Below, one piece after another: positions 52,501 through 57,261 of a stretch of 64,000 nt of DNA. The stretch is from a virus (taxonomy: Duplodnaviria > Caudoviricetes), in IMG/VR virus record IMGVR_UViG_3300020316_000005, positions 45,883-109,882 of that record. One strand, written 5' to 3'. The notes beneath the pieces were generated by a model. That model was not told the DNA's origin, ran no database searches, and saw only the letters and a list, made by a program, of their open reading frames with translations. A program made the translations under genes and the position numbers. Numbering within the stretch: the first letter of the stretch is position 1; the number at the start of each line of letters is the position of its first letter.

Positions 52501-53673
52501 ACTAACAGTTGCAGTGATTCTAGCAGTTTTACCTTCGGGATCTGCAGGAGCATCGACTTCAACCAATGGTGGGTTGTTTGCGCTATAACCTTGACCAGAA
52601 AACAGAAGACTAACATTCTTGATACCATTGACAAGTGCCTCTGCAGTAGCATCGCTACCAGTACCAAGGTTTGATGCAATAGTAACCTTGGGAGAGAAAC
52701 TCATTCTGTATCCAGAACCACCATCCTTAACGATGATGTCTTCTACTTCACCATTTTGAACTTTGACGACTGCTTCGGCATCAGCACCGAATTCGGGAGC
52801 GATCAGTTCGACAGATCTAACATCAACTGTCGATCCTGCACCAAGAGTTTCTTTGAAAATGATCTTGTCTTCAAAGATCGTGAATTCTTCAAAGGGTCTC
52901 TTCTCAACTCTATTAACGACAACAATCGAAGCAATCGTTGACAGTGGTTGATAAGGTTGAGTATTTCTTGTAAGATGGAACTGATTAGAATCAGCAGCAA
53001 CAGAAATAGGGTCCAGAGAACGGACAGGAACGCTTGTATAACCAATCAGGTACCTGATAGTATTAAGAGCACCAGTAAGAGCACCTGTAGGCGCTACAGG
53101 AGGGTTTACAAAGCGAATACGATCACCCTCAACAAAATAGTCCCTATTTGGGAACTGAAATTCATTATTGACGATAACCAGCAGGTGATCAGCAGATTGT
53201 GGCGAAACTGGGTCACCCAACAGTTTCAGATTAAATTCTGTGGTAGAACCGTCGAACTGAGATGAAATCGGTTCAAATTCTTGAATCTTACGATCAAATT
53301 CTTCTTTATTAACACCAGGAGTGAAAACAACGTCTGGCGAATGTGTGATCGACTCGTAATATATGATCTCATCGTCGATCTTGAGTGTGCCGTCCTTCTC
53401 AAGGAAGTAGTTTACGTTTTCGGCAACAATAGTATTTTGATATGGGTCAACCGCGCTCAGAACAGCAGATTCCGAAGACAGGAAGTTAGGATCAAACTCA
53501 CCAGAACCGATGTCCGTATATCTCAAGATATTGTTGAGAATATCGTACGGACGACCAGGTTTCTCTTGCGAACGGTAATATTCGGCAAGAAGATTGACAA
53601 ACTGTTCGTTGTCTTCCTTAATGAATGCAGGAATTTGATCCTGTACTCTCTGAGATACGGTTACTGCCTTCAT
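34531..53673 (-). CDS. Giant gp7-like baseplate wedge initiator / multidomain virion protein (6380 aa)
   Basis: Follows g6. gp7-like segments (FYSSKGT...LFKMLF; IQDSYFYQNFSYVIKS...HPVGF), GSGY repeats, a YHYH-like segment, a beta-propeller-like segment, LamG-like domains, helical repeats and a C-terminal Ig-like domain. Confidence 0.88.
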   Translation of the reverse strand: MKAVTVSQRVQDQIPAFIKEDNEQFVNLLAEYYRSQEKPGRPYDILNNILRYTDIGSGEFDPNFLSSESAVLSAVDPYQNTIVAENVNYFLEKDGTLKIDDEIIYYESITHSPDVVFTPGVNKEEFDRKIQEFEPISSQFDGSTTEFNLKLLGDPVSPQSADHLLVIVNNEFQFPNRDYFVEGDRIRFVNPPVAPTGALTGALNTIRYLIGYTSVPVRSLDPISVAADSNQFHLTRNTQPYQPLSTIASIVVVNRVEKRPFEEFTIFEDKIIFKETLGAGSTVDVRSVELIAPEFGADAEAVVKVQNGEVEDIIVKDGGSGYRMSFSPKVTIASNLGTGSDATAEALVNGIKNVSLLFSGQGYSANNPPLVEVDAPADPEGKTARITATVSDDIEGVVQLNVLSSGSGYDRIPSIKFTNPGGAIISGPTLTDGRIDADSFTVVDRGGGYTTAPLVYIDPPTGSNAIVASVMAHLDADGRLDRIEVLSGGQGYETVPRAKIIDPVGAQILDVNVTGGRVTNIELLTGGKGYTDAPSVYIVDNRKDVANNPIGGTGATAVATIFNGEITDINITSFGEGYSDTEPPKVFIAAPPAPEASCDVGFGEITGFTIHNAGSGYQPSAFVNCKRGVSAVSAYSQKGNQIYSKESDTIQSSHAVGSTIHNLDNLFAKELYRRYINQYLPNAEIDYNKVNAPQIIKTISDFYSSKGTKISTQYLFKMLFSENVDVSYPKDEVIKPSAATWNVDTVLRAELLSGDPRDLLDSQLFQYRDAVDTTVGAASALIENVIAINTGVGTVYELAISEETLQGQFSIPYKTTLVEALDTTESIITVDSTIGWPERNGTIRINDEEVVQYKEKTLNQFIECTRSKNGVVEDWDAGTQIYSDVFVYVNRGATNELKLRVLGIADAKSTVLSDTGSYYLPGDKLNVASLGSTSDDQRITSWLYNVKKLIQVTGIVPGGLNNQTATVTCSNNHGLLVGDSVTIYGANPTVFNGTFLVTSRLSNTVFEYNIPQPAPNAPQGNILLSVDLNKGKSSESGINIAIKDFTTNVQNTFFNEQYSYIASSGIPNYEVGPFLGSALLPGNQRKLIRIPRVINTVSKREDVKFGPVGAWVNGVSAWSYKSNSKIKFGGVTSITIDNPGKGYDAASPPVIEVNGGGGSGGAATVVVNGSLYEIEVTSGGTGYTSSPLVSIVGGGGFGATATAVITNGVVSRILVESPGQGYTSQPTVSVSGGGGTGCTATASVRGPIQSVSVTNSGSSYTLSPEIKLNSGEGAVAQPIIINGRIVSIAIIAAGRGYTTAPEVVINGDGYGAVARATIGTIGEDRGKVIGVTVVNRGIGYSTGMTTIRLESIGEQAQFSANVFEWTRNLQDELSLNFDAARGYVFAGYNTQYGGEYAHVSDPKQLRYVLGDNVFRNQSTGQLQELSTGYVHSPILGWAFDGNPIYGPYGYIDATDQSSGIRRIRSSYKVKDALVYDAATNPNPVRADGPLLTDYPAGSFIDDYEYVFQEGDLDQYNGRFCKTPQFPEGVYAYFVSIDASDFGNPVFPYVCGPQLYSSPDQWNYSQNAVQTNIPADVVRFRDPYEDVDIDIDRQPNQDTDTLVTEEGLDLIFEIEDTNRNGIIDGDESTATINIAEEPVLQLFDYYPRVSTRSEVDIDIETTTKFEDAQVDGFVIENPGISYKVSDKLYFDNEGTEGFGASAKVDAVKGLTISGYSSYMSNDTPYGRITTPDEHELRVGDEVIVQSTPIIDDTNKTFKVKVISGVESVTVTQAGSGYSEELPPTYEVISSTGQDFRIDIPRTEAGAVNTVNIINSGSGYDKDEPPQIRVSHPQRFKKATYFLSFLKENASTTTITDVKVADDRTIYVCGKTVKSDGDTAGILAKFNSDGRLLWQRTLFPTVPASGTKSLEWKALYVENSNPHNIYVVGETVPNSVNLTHNPDVVVAKYRSGFDNANNPDGIIQWQRDIAGISGSTRRDYASSIALDQDGRVMIGGYTDANSLAPDDMWVALLDIDGTIMEKRKIASESGSEHLVDLQWKSNDTFMFIGISDPAGASDIILGETYYDTATVELQWAKKIESGAYKFMHPTFTIDEYGAVYVAATAVNAQDKNYGVLYVKFDNNDYTTPVEHKIYVPTGTYDGCHNAGIKFDVFGNIDLGVSVTKAFNDVQSTTLKISWNSGNIISASSASESSGIGYHAVDLSSDNSGDTVVIGNKVEADQLAIFNWNTADNLLDETYNDTLKTGTNKAWYDPAFATIDTSKKQDGASSVQITDFNSLVLQYGSDVATEWASEAYFAMPAATYTANNTEPEFFSVSDALSNTVKCGLIADQSDANNGKVFIDIGGSTTYSAAATYRAAFNGESFVHVAFTKERPGVGNYRYRVFINGTLALETLSTTVDVNLKDATLGPVSTPNSTNTWMGWVDNFVVTPAFKYNDSFTAAVVAGTNSATQAFLYKIDKDKTKLGTFNLDDVETGHTLVTAAESGYTFNTQPVTINPWVIGPAGIQILDYSDVTSTHVPGIYTFTDTSEKYSERTATIPTQGGTKLLLSATVIPKFYLRDAKYNSIDLVKTLTFNQPASFTKGSILQQYSVIGGSDVVSAYGTIVEAGTNYAKIGKIIGNFDTTKLLKSTAGDINTLDRNFTVETTTPQWVENFSYTVGDVVYNAGKVYTATSTGVSGPLEPEHTTGIVTDGNVNWSFTSVSGSFDVDLANTAYNGSTLGAFTSWRAFAAEDYTIKIEEIYGDSTFIKGDTIDADAVNLQFTVDATGKIATFAGLIGVKKFSLIATLDKDVIPASALANTDLVYCSANSRHNFEANEIIFTERFATNDYNGSFFVEEVFSSREFTFRLRATAVQDPTFSGTGSSVSNVNIYAKHPKLLFVRYHQYIFDLDDPSNLGYYLSFSKDNQYKLEYPFINIIREGTPGLTDDDSPTPLVKFIVTDSVTNISYYFDPSRTGADSPVGEGSFIDVIQSPYSGRFRVSATGTQGTTFDFPLLVEPEKTIAPVGNNEFGNPRSLYSTTSPKAIGPIASIKLVNPGGFYQKLPIVTDIASNREIEKVRILNGGTEYVNGIYYNVPITGDGEGASCNITVQDDGDFTGVITDVTLTSAGKGYKTASIDVDAIPGILGPLLAGSGAQLEVVIPDEGSGASVFLQGKSIGKIKKLKNNEFGFGYSHDYTLRPEITFPVNLQLFNTAILSEIKITDPGSGYTSVPAVVISGGGGSGAEAEAIVKNNRLSEVIIKNPGSGYSSEPTVTLKSEFNYVVNVDLGYLQFNFPHGITTGAEVQLRAEDLGSTVGILPKPSSAGLVSLNPNQTYYAIAGEQNSLESDQLRIALTKLDAESGSFITFLTQGEGRQVLLTEVFGGQATAIVETSRFLEGELVYQGSSLELASATGYVSTNEGWQIGPRILKLENYDGIWKEGERVTGQVSRASGLVDNLSIARGTLNIASLTNTPGQFIDDVGKPSEIVQKIQDSYFYQNFSYVIKSQTPINDWRKSVLETNHPVGFNLFGELAITGGKDISGRKVISDLIKEVNINSFTNINEITSFANAQPIYTQFNNTEVLFRQKRLTNSEEILTSIVKKIDDVSGDFNGIKTQFPLNVEGESITATETQMFVLINGVAQAPQESFSTAGPSIVFSEPPKAPSRIKFRELTYSQISLTRLTFSNIGGIFPLTGNTVRGIVSEATATVIDSGVDYIDVFDIEGTFQTNEQILSSATGFNSTLATVNPVTSKTIFEQGERITNLKGDFAIIEENNLSGGVIGTDLVVSRTSGTDKFETGEFNIKFNDVIYSSRSKIAATVTVIAPYTDDTSNQVIDQVDLSPASSFFALVFQRVPSTTFPNVILDDIGETVINPTELNDLETPNNQDFLDFESVRNQEIRYDQLTGTDFAPGTNIRLKKIYFGNSSLKQVTDTRAKNASDALVKNARFIAEEAVGDMLNFYPSFSINSVGGNQDCMDDIVDVINAAAWQLEFDGNSEIWDIANTYVQNQAIYHLDGAVPQTIYAMNAARDLALKCIRMENIDTEYTNLTQWKDLTLTPEYEVVSNSHADARTLILANKWYIAHESLHYAKVQNPSLTVPGGDVNCLSDIVDMVESMAYNLAHGGNDFVYDATRYYMAGAHVAGYEDDTVNAFTKAKAMAISIMRNEAVVKQGSHGWNQVTDTSITADPANPTCQAVAAAITTLMDIPINALGTTASPGTLAAFEAAYTKTAPQANYADGRTSIGSSTACVSQTSAVTNFIKIITDSLQDPTGADPATYQWSISNVTRVEPPYAFEDNETIRSIKHNYSNKSSGGFFNFGDTMKGITSGATAEIIGTNAGNKWIYTKGVTGSFSGNEYITNSKITYANVSVDNITFGVGPGSLDFSGSGSKIDMIADQRVNFGTADFTIEAWIRPDSVTGVQRIIDARPTSSSVAPTIFMSGTSLRYGTGAGDHITATGAITTIDTWYHIAVSRASNVTKMFVNGTQVGSDYTDNNDYGDTAFKVGAAWNNGETYDGHLDQMVIRKSAAYSSTFTPPTVYTTIYEGLDVTFGLNGSQPFPMETTAIYATYGQTIISSATADGVELWRSEIMTEEVDVSRDDYRECAEIIDKNRFWIAEEAVGRMKAKYPDFVIPGDVGLATTGTDKCLRDTHSFIIPAIINDLRYGGNFNTIVAGRGYLEGSGALKHVNGELLQSIYTWREVGKICIDVITANQDDLTGEYTDRIRVPNYFSSPASSQITTFITDLIDNMLDVIAPTGHRFRDGADLLYFNRKSIADEAVAMLEEKWLVNIAFYQQSKLTIPNREKCIRDLRDHIIPAVAGDLITGGNSNIQGIIDSYLDSQEDINYIEGELLPMLDAFEDVKFLCGKALENLLVGRNENIANLTGTNAQTINDFYQYQYTDLPAYRKVYDPAVNYSVDGAEITESTFYPPDPHIFSGTDRALDSANILEANARIIAEEAVDLVMKTSAFKHNGFKVPGGKVNCEDDLVDYINAVCHDLRFTVNEKSYDASALYLDTQMGLQHVTNQSAETVHAYKLARDMSILAIRNKLGFNPFEESTGGGGALGGGGGGGVPRGDYDNNATANGFYDSANSIENNLRFIATTAVGRGITNYPSLVIPGGYQNCVDDVIDILNALIFNLKHGGNNKMYYATEFYISNANAVVHVLSQATETKYIMEQARDIAIEVLRNQSVTTNGTTEGTQAIDSTITTDSANPTCQNEAAAVTTLMGIPINLFTQTANPQAYLNGVTRTLPDEWPLTGERALRRDIDITYDMAGNGDCALVSASIDTLFSYVINVVETAAAGSGNWLTNSGLVRTTKATGNTLNNGGGLCYNVRSASNVLFDLLEDTLGRAGEMYRQAARLLIINDNYINREAYYKTAQQYSGYGGDEAYGSAIRKAFIYDLLTDGNAATLQLVNSWFDAEGNFIAFPGVFRTYLIYHATAIKDFCKEIIGQRATTPGVYNQEPTYTDRELRPTVYAEHKIDQLDHFIQTALLRSTPPTVILKQSFDAGVAVNTNGSITAAGHPFEAYDRVNYQVLGSNIAELTFTQYYIHPDTTANTIWLAEYIDGHKITSLTPGTAGQIHTLVCLRESGIDRIATTYGDRVIPTPITGGIQPADIFYGTSSGAYGEVIRIQDNLAEVMYKVKHAEVNVTTETFFTLGETVVVQGATGNTSTLLASTGATGTGYVKLIVNGGQFQQGDVIEGTTSGAQASITSIPDDRILVNFDKGEFIATDIIYSKEDSGKANALIVRNNDGALTANQLGRVTFDIETVKGEFKERDVIYGSVTDQIIDIEGFNILPGFGEYLHSTEITRFTYASLTTDTGVTDTFEVGDVLQLQNAGQSVGHTFVVTEHDTDNNHVYLANETNRYIGIINDLSNDLTAIANNTAYQLAKIPPGSNFPSVYTSAISNVTITPTSAYGKVAKIEQVGLRLIIHLEDTRGTFQKNSQIIGDFGFQGACGGAKYLRGRVKRFFRGFDGSQQNFKLTTENGTPYFPDPAGHMMIFVNGILQPPGGNNAYTAFSDNIQFTEAPAINSTFHGVYVGKLRQLDDISFDFDSLRNSFNLKLGGVFYSLTLTEGVQSNTIRPENNIICQLNGVIQEPGIGFEIVGSRIIFSEIPRAGSTFVAFSYIGSDVDVIAATVVPPIESGDILQIEGEDENREVALIESSNSLITFEYSGAVRGRNGQALAEIEKGRVTKAILTNSGDGYSSRPQVDVISSSGFGARIKALVGLARIDVKNAGQGYVQPTVAVNTTVADNFFAPTGAPLNGGIDIYDPNYVPPGETEAQGEQAIVIESQPVNTTVNQGQTASFTVVASTNPAGGTIAYQWQKKDYGTTSWTNIPGATSPTYTTSATTQGDGGDEFRCGLTAAGATPTLSNSAVLTINIGATVIPGFTSDQIFDDN
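37300..41950 (-). repeat. Tandem phycobiliprotein-like helical repeats inside the giant protein (interrupted by a LamG-like domain)
   Basis: 6-7 copies of A..I..N...IA.EA....(Y)P...PGG...C..D....I....L..GGN. Confidence 0.65.
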
Positions 53674-53702
53674 CTGCTGGTATAGGCTATCTTATGGGTT
53701 TA

Positions 53703-55784
53703 TTAGAAGCAGGACTCGAACTCGGGGAGTTCAAACACTACTGTCGGATAATCAATGATATTTAGTGGGGTTCCGTCGAAGTTAATTGGAGTGAAGTCGA
53801 ACGGATCGAAGGTAGGAACGTTAGTTCCGTCAATGGTATAGTCAATAGTTTGAACGGTCGGGTTGAAGATCGCAGGATCAACACCTGTGCCAACATTGAT
53901 GTTGGAAGAAGCGGGAAGAACCGTCACTGGGATGCGATTTGTACCATCAGGTGTATTTGCAACGTTAATAGGACCAACGCAGACGATACCGTTCTTGTAA
54001 TCGACTGTGCCAACGTTGCGCTTCAAGATGACTTCTTTTTCATCGAGTTTTGTCACCATAATCAGATTTCCGTACCCATCATCACGAAGATTCACAGGAA
54101 GCAGAGCAGATGTATCATTTTCAAGCAGAACTGCGGAAGAAATTTGACCAGCAGTGAGAGTTGTCTGAAGATTCAGGAGATTTTCCGTATATCCCGTGGA
54201 ATAGAACGTTCCACTCTTGACAGTCGAGTATTTGGGAATACAACTTCCATCTCCAGATCCATCACCCTTGTCTCCACCAGACAAATCGTTTGGATTTGCA
54301 ATTTCATTACCAAAGTCGAGACATTGTGTGAAAGTTTGTCCAAAATCAAATCCTTCCACGTTCATACCCAAAGTCATATGGGTAACGTTGCCGCTAATAG
54401 AAGGATCGGAATCATCAATCATTGATTGATAAGCTGAGATGTCCACACGTCCATTAAAACGTGTTGCTTCCGCCTGACTGTTGTATTGATCGATTGCAGC
54501 AAGAATTTTGGTAGCAATTTCATTGTTTGACAGATTTGTCTTGTTGCCATCGAAGAATGCCCAAGTTTTGGGACGAATGTACAGTGAAGTTGGGTCAATA
54601 ATCACTGGTTCGATCGATGCAATCGAATATTTCAACAAATCAGTCTTAATTCTCTTCTTAGTGCTACTATTCAACGATGCACCAGACTTTGTACGGATAG
54701 CGATATACACTTTTCCGTAAATTGGCGGATTTAGACGTTCTCCACCGTATGCAGTAACAGATCTTGCCTGAGAATACACTTTTTTAGTGATGAACTCATA
54801 ATCAGACTCTGTAACCGCTCTGTTCTGACTGTTAAACGCTCTAGGAGCGTTGAATTTGATGCTCAGGGTAGATTCTACGTCTGCACCATCTTGTGCGCCG
54901 TCTACGGTCGCCATAGAGAGGTTGGCAGCAGGAACTAGGCGTCCTTCAGAGTCAATGACTCGTCCAACAAAGTTAAATCTCTTACAACCATTACCAGCAG
55001 GTCCTTCCGTACGGACATAGGACATTCTGATCACCTCACCAGCAATCAGTTCACGACAAATGACACCATCGCCAAACACAACGTTGTATCTTTGGTCATC
55101 TGCCTCTTCTAGGAAGTAACCACGAGTGGTTCCATCCACATCAACGATGTTTTGAACAAGGTTATAGGTGTCAATCTCTTCAGATGTTGCATTAGGAGAG
55201 ATAGAAACACGCAGAAGGTCTGTATCGACCTGATCAGAGGGGATAGGATATGATCTCTGCTTAACATCAGTAACTGTGTACTCATAATCAAGACTATTGC
55301 CCTGATAAATCACCACTTTCTCGAAGGTAGCAACACCATCAGCTTGATTTACGGTCACTGAGAGCGCCTGTGGCAGCGTAAAGGTGAAACTTGCACCAGA
55401 TGTACTAGAAACGAACACATCGCCCTTCTGGAGTTCCACAGACTGGGGATATGCGGTGCTAGAACCAATAACTTGTGTCTGTACAGCAAATCTGACACAC
55501 GCTTTTGGCGCTTTTATGGATTTTGGTGTATAATTCAGTTGCTTTGCAATCTTGACAACATTGTCTCTAATAGTTGCCGATTCCAAAAATGCCTCGTTCA
55601 TCGCCATATTGGCATTGAACGCAGCGTAGTATGTGTTATATGATAGAACGTCCAGCAAATAAGACGCAGCGGAACCTTCAAAGTCGTAATCAGTGAACTC
55701 AGTACGAGTTCTCAGATAGGATCTGATTGATTCACGAATCTCTGTAAAATCTAGAGATGTAAGATTAGATGGTATTGCTGCCAT
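53703..55784 (-). CDS. g6: Baseplate wedge subunit gp6
   Basis: LDF...FTDYDFEGS...LLDVLSYNTYY, QNRAVTESDY and GTVDYKNG motifs. Confidence 0.95.
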   Translation of the reverse strand: MAAIPSNLTSLDFTEIRESIRSYLRTRTEFTDYDFEGSAASYLLDVLSYNTYYAAFNANMAMNEAFLESATIRDNVVKIAKQLNYTPKSIKAPKACVRFAVQTQVIGSSTAYPQSVELQKGDVFVSSTSGASFTFTLPQALSVTVNQADGVATFEKVVIYQGNSLDYEYTVTDVKQRSYPIPSDQVDTDLLRVSISPNATSEEIDTYNLVQNIVDVDGTTRGYFLEEADDQRYNVVFGDGVICRELIAGEVIRMSYVRTEGPAGNGCKRFNFVGRVIDSEGRLVPAANLSMATVDGAQDGADVESTLSIKFNAPRAFNSQNRAVTESDYEFITKKVYSQARSVTAYGGERLNPPIYGKVYIAIRTKSGASLNSSTKKRIKTDLLKYSIASIEPVIIDPTSLYIRPKTWAFFDGNKTNLSNNEIATKILAAIDQYNSQAEATRFNGRVDISAYQSMIDDSDPSISGNVTHMTLGMNVEGFDFGQTFTQCLDFGNEIANPNDLSGGDKGDGSGDGSCIPKYSTVKSGTFYSTGYTENLLNLQTTLTAGQISSAVLLENDTSALLPVNLRDDGYGNLIMVTKLDEKEVILKRNVGTVDYKNGIVCVGPINVANTPDGTNRIPVTVLPASSNINVGTGVDPAIFNPTVQTIDYTIDGTNVPTFDPFDFTPINFDGTPLNIIDYPTVVFELPEFESCF

Positions 55785-55786
55785 TT

Positions 55787-56194
55787 TTAGGTGGGCTCCA
55801 GCAGGAAGTCTACGGTTTGTACAAGGGTTTCACCAATAATTGTGTAATCAATTTCAACTTGCAGTTCGTTTGCACCTTCATAGGTCATACGAACTTCATT
55901 GACTGTCACTCTAGGTTCAAGTCTGATAATAGTATTGATGATTTCTTCTTTGAGCTCTTCGATCATAAAGACATCAAAGTTCTCAAAAAGCATTTCACGA
56001 AGTCTTGACCCTATGTTTGGTTGAAAGGGTCTTTCACCATAACCAGTTAAGATTAGATTCTTAATCGATTGCTTGATAGCATTCTCATTTTTAACCACAG
56101 CAAAATCCTCGGTATTAGGGTTTGCCAACATCCCAATACCGAGGTCTCTAAATTCGCGAGATAAATTTCGTTCTGCCTTAAAACGGTATGCCAT
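55787..56194 (-). CDS. g25: Baseplate wedge subunit gp25
   Basis: AIKQSIKNLILT..GERPFQP..GS and EPRV motifs. Confidence 0.95.
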   Translation of the reverse strand: MAYRFKAERNLSREFRDLGIGMLANPNTEDFAVVKNENAIKQSIKNLILTGYGERPFQPNIGSRLREMLFENFDVFMIEELKEEIINTIIRLEPRVTVNEVRMTYEGANELQVEIDYTIIGETLVQTVDFLLEPT

Positions 56195-56388
56195 TAAGTG
56201 TCAAGTTGTTCGACGTAATCATCGAAACCTCCTTCACCGCCACATTGTTTAGATAAACGATCCGCAGGGGGATCGTTGGGTTTCTTTTTTGATCTGTTTA
56301 GGTATTTATCAGAGCGGGGGTCGGTTATTAAAACCATCCCGCTCTTAATGAACTCTTGTCCCTGGTCTGGAATTGGTGAGTTAGCCAT
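56194..56388 (-). CDS. Small hypothetical protein
   Basis: Coupled to the g25 start (TAATG); contains an internal ATAAATA at 56303-56309. Confidence 0.7.
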   Translation of the reverse strand: MANSPIPDQGQEFIKSGMVLITDPRSDKYLNRSKKKPNDPPADRLSKQCGGEGGFDDYVEQLDT

Positions 56389-56545
56389 TGTTATTTAGAA
56401 CGTATGTGGGTGGGTGAAAAGCACAATACTCGTTGAAGGTGATTTTCATCTCTTTGTTTGTGAGACCGCAATGGTCTGCAGCTTTAGGAAGGTTCCACTT
56501 TGCAGACCACAGCATCTCCATTGCTTTACGTGTCTCTGGACGCAC
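56381..56545 (-). CDS. 54-aa small protein, possibly HTH-like (GTG start; not in the ORF track)
   Basis: Manual translation MRPETRKAMEMLWSAKWNLPKAADHCGLTNKEMKITFNEYCAFHPPTYVLNNNG; TAGTG overlap with the upstream stop. Confidence 0.7.
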   Translation of the reverse strand: MRPETRKAMEMLWSAKWNLPKAADHCGLTNKEMKITFNEYCAFHPPTYVLNNNG

Positions 56546-56691
56546 TATTTACCTTGCCCCCTGTAGCGTTTCTTCGCCTTATTGCCACTAGATGCAGCGT
56601 ACTTGGTGTGCTGTCCTGATCCCTGCCGCGTCTTTTTGGGTTTTGTCTCAATGAGTTTCTGTCCAGAGAGACCTACTTTTGCTCGTGCCAT
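56545..56691 (-). CDS. 48-aa highly basic protein (not in the ORF track)
   Basis: Manual translation MARAKVGLSGQKLIETKPKKTRQGSGQHTKYAASSGNKAKKRYRGQGK. Confidence 0.75.
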   Translation of the reverse strand: MARAKVGLSGQKLIETKPKKTRQGSGQHTKYAASSGNKAKKRYRGQGK

Positions 56692-56714
56692 AGTGATTGG
56701 TGTGGTACTCAGTA

Positions 56715-56723
56715 ATTATATCA
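56715..56723 (-). promoter_or_regulatory. Extended -10 sigma70-type promoter (TGATATAAT)
   Basis: TGnTATAAT about 24 nt upstream of the 48-aa ORF. Confidence 0.55.
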
Positions 56724-56727
56724 CGAA

Positions 56728-57261
56728 TTAGCAGGAAAGCACATTAGGAGATCCGTATGCAATAACACTTGAACAAGGGTAACTTGCGCCAGGTGCTCCG
56801 ATTCCAAGCGGATCAAGCATTCGTGCAATGGGAACTTTGAATGCATACACACTCATTGTTGTTGCTTCCGCAAGTCTAGCGTGTCCGACACCTCCCATAT
56901 CCTCCACAGAGAGCATACTACAAGTCGTAGGAGTGGGAATGATACACATTGCCTTACCACAAGGGCAAGAGTAGTTAATAATATTGGTACCAAACGATGT
57001 ATGTGGTGTAAACATATCACCGAAAATCATAATCGGGAGGAAGTTCACAAGAACTGTCGCTCTCAATGGGTTGATTGCAGTCAATGGGATCAGTGGCATT
57101 GGTGGCCACATACAAGTCTTATCCTTCACAATAATACTGAGAGGGATAGGTGGTGTACCACAAGACTGCCACATATGAATAGTCGCAGGAATCGGAATAC
57201 CGTGTCCAGAGCAAGGCAATCCATTGATTGAGGCTACTGGTTTGTTAATTCCTAATGCCAT
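56728..57261 (-). CDS. PAAR-like spike tip protein (gp5.4-like), extended
   Basis: CSGHG, TVLVN.LP....GD....H, GH, V.....PIAR..D and C...IA.GSPNV follow the PAAR repeat pattern. Confidence 0.75.
   Translation of the reverse strand: MALGINKPVASINGLPCSGHGIPIPATIHMWQSCGTPPIPLSIIVKDKTCMWPPMPLIPLTAINPLRATVLVNFLPIMIFGDMFTPHTSFGTNIINYSCPCGKAMCIIPTPTTCSMLSVEDMGGVGHARLAEATTMSVYAFKVPIARMLDPLGIGAPGASYPCSSVIAYGSPNVLSC

Noticed and set aside
34531-53673. Giant ORF as an assembly fusion or stop-codon recoding artefact
   Set aside because: It is a single uninterrupted frame under the standard code, neighbouring genes end at TAA, TAG and TGA normally, and multi-thousand-residue gp7-like proteins are typical of cyanomyoviruses.
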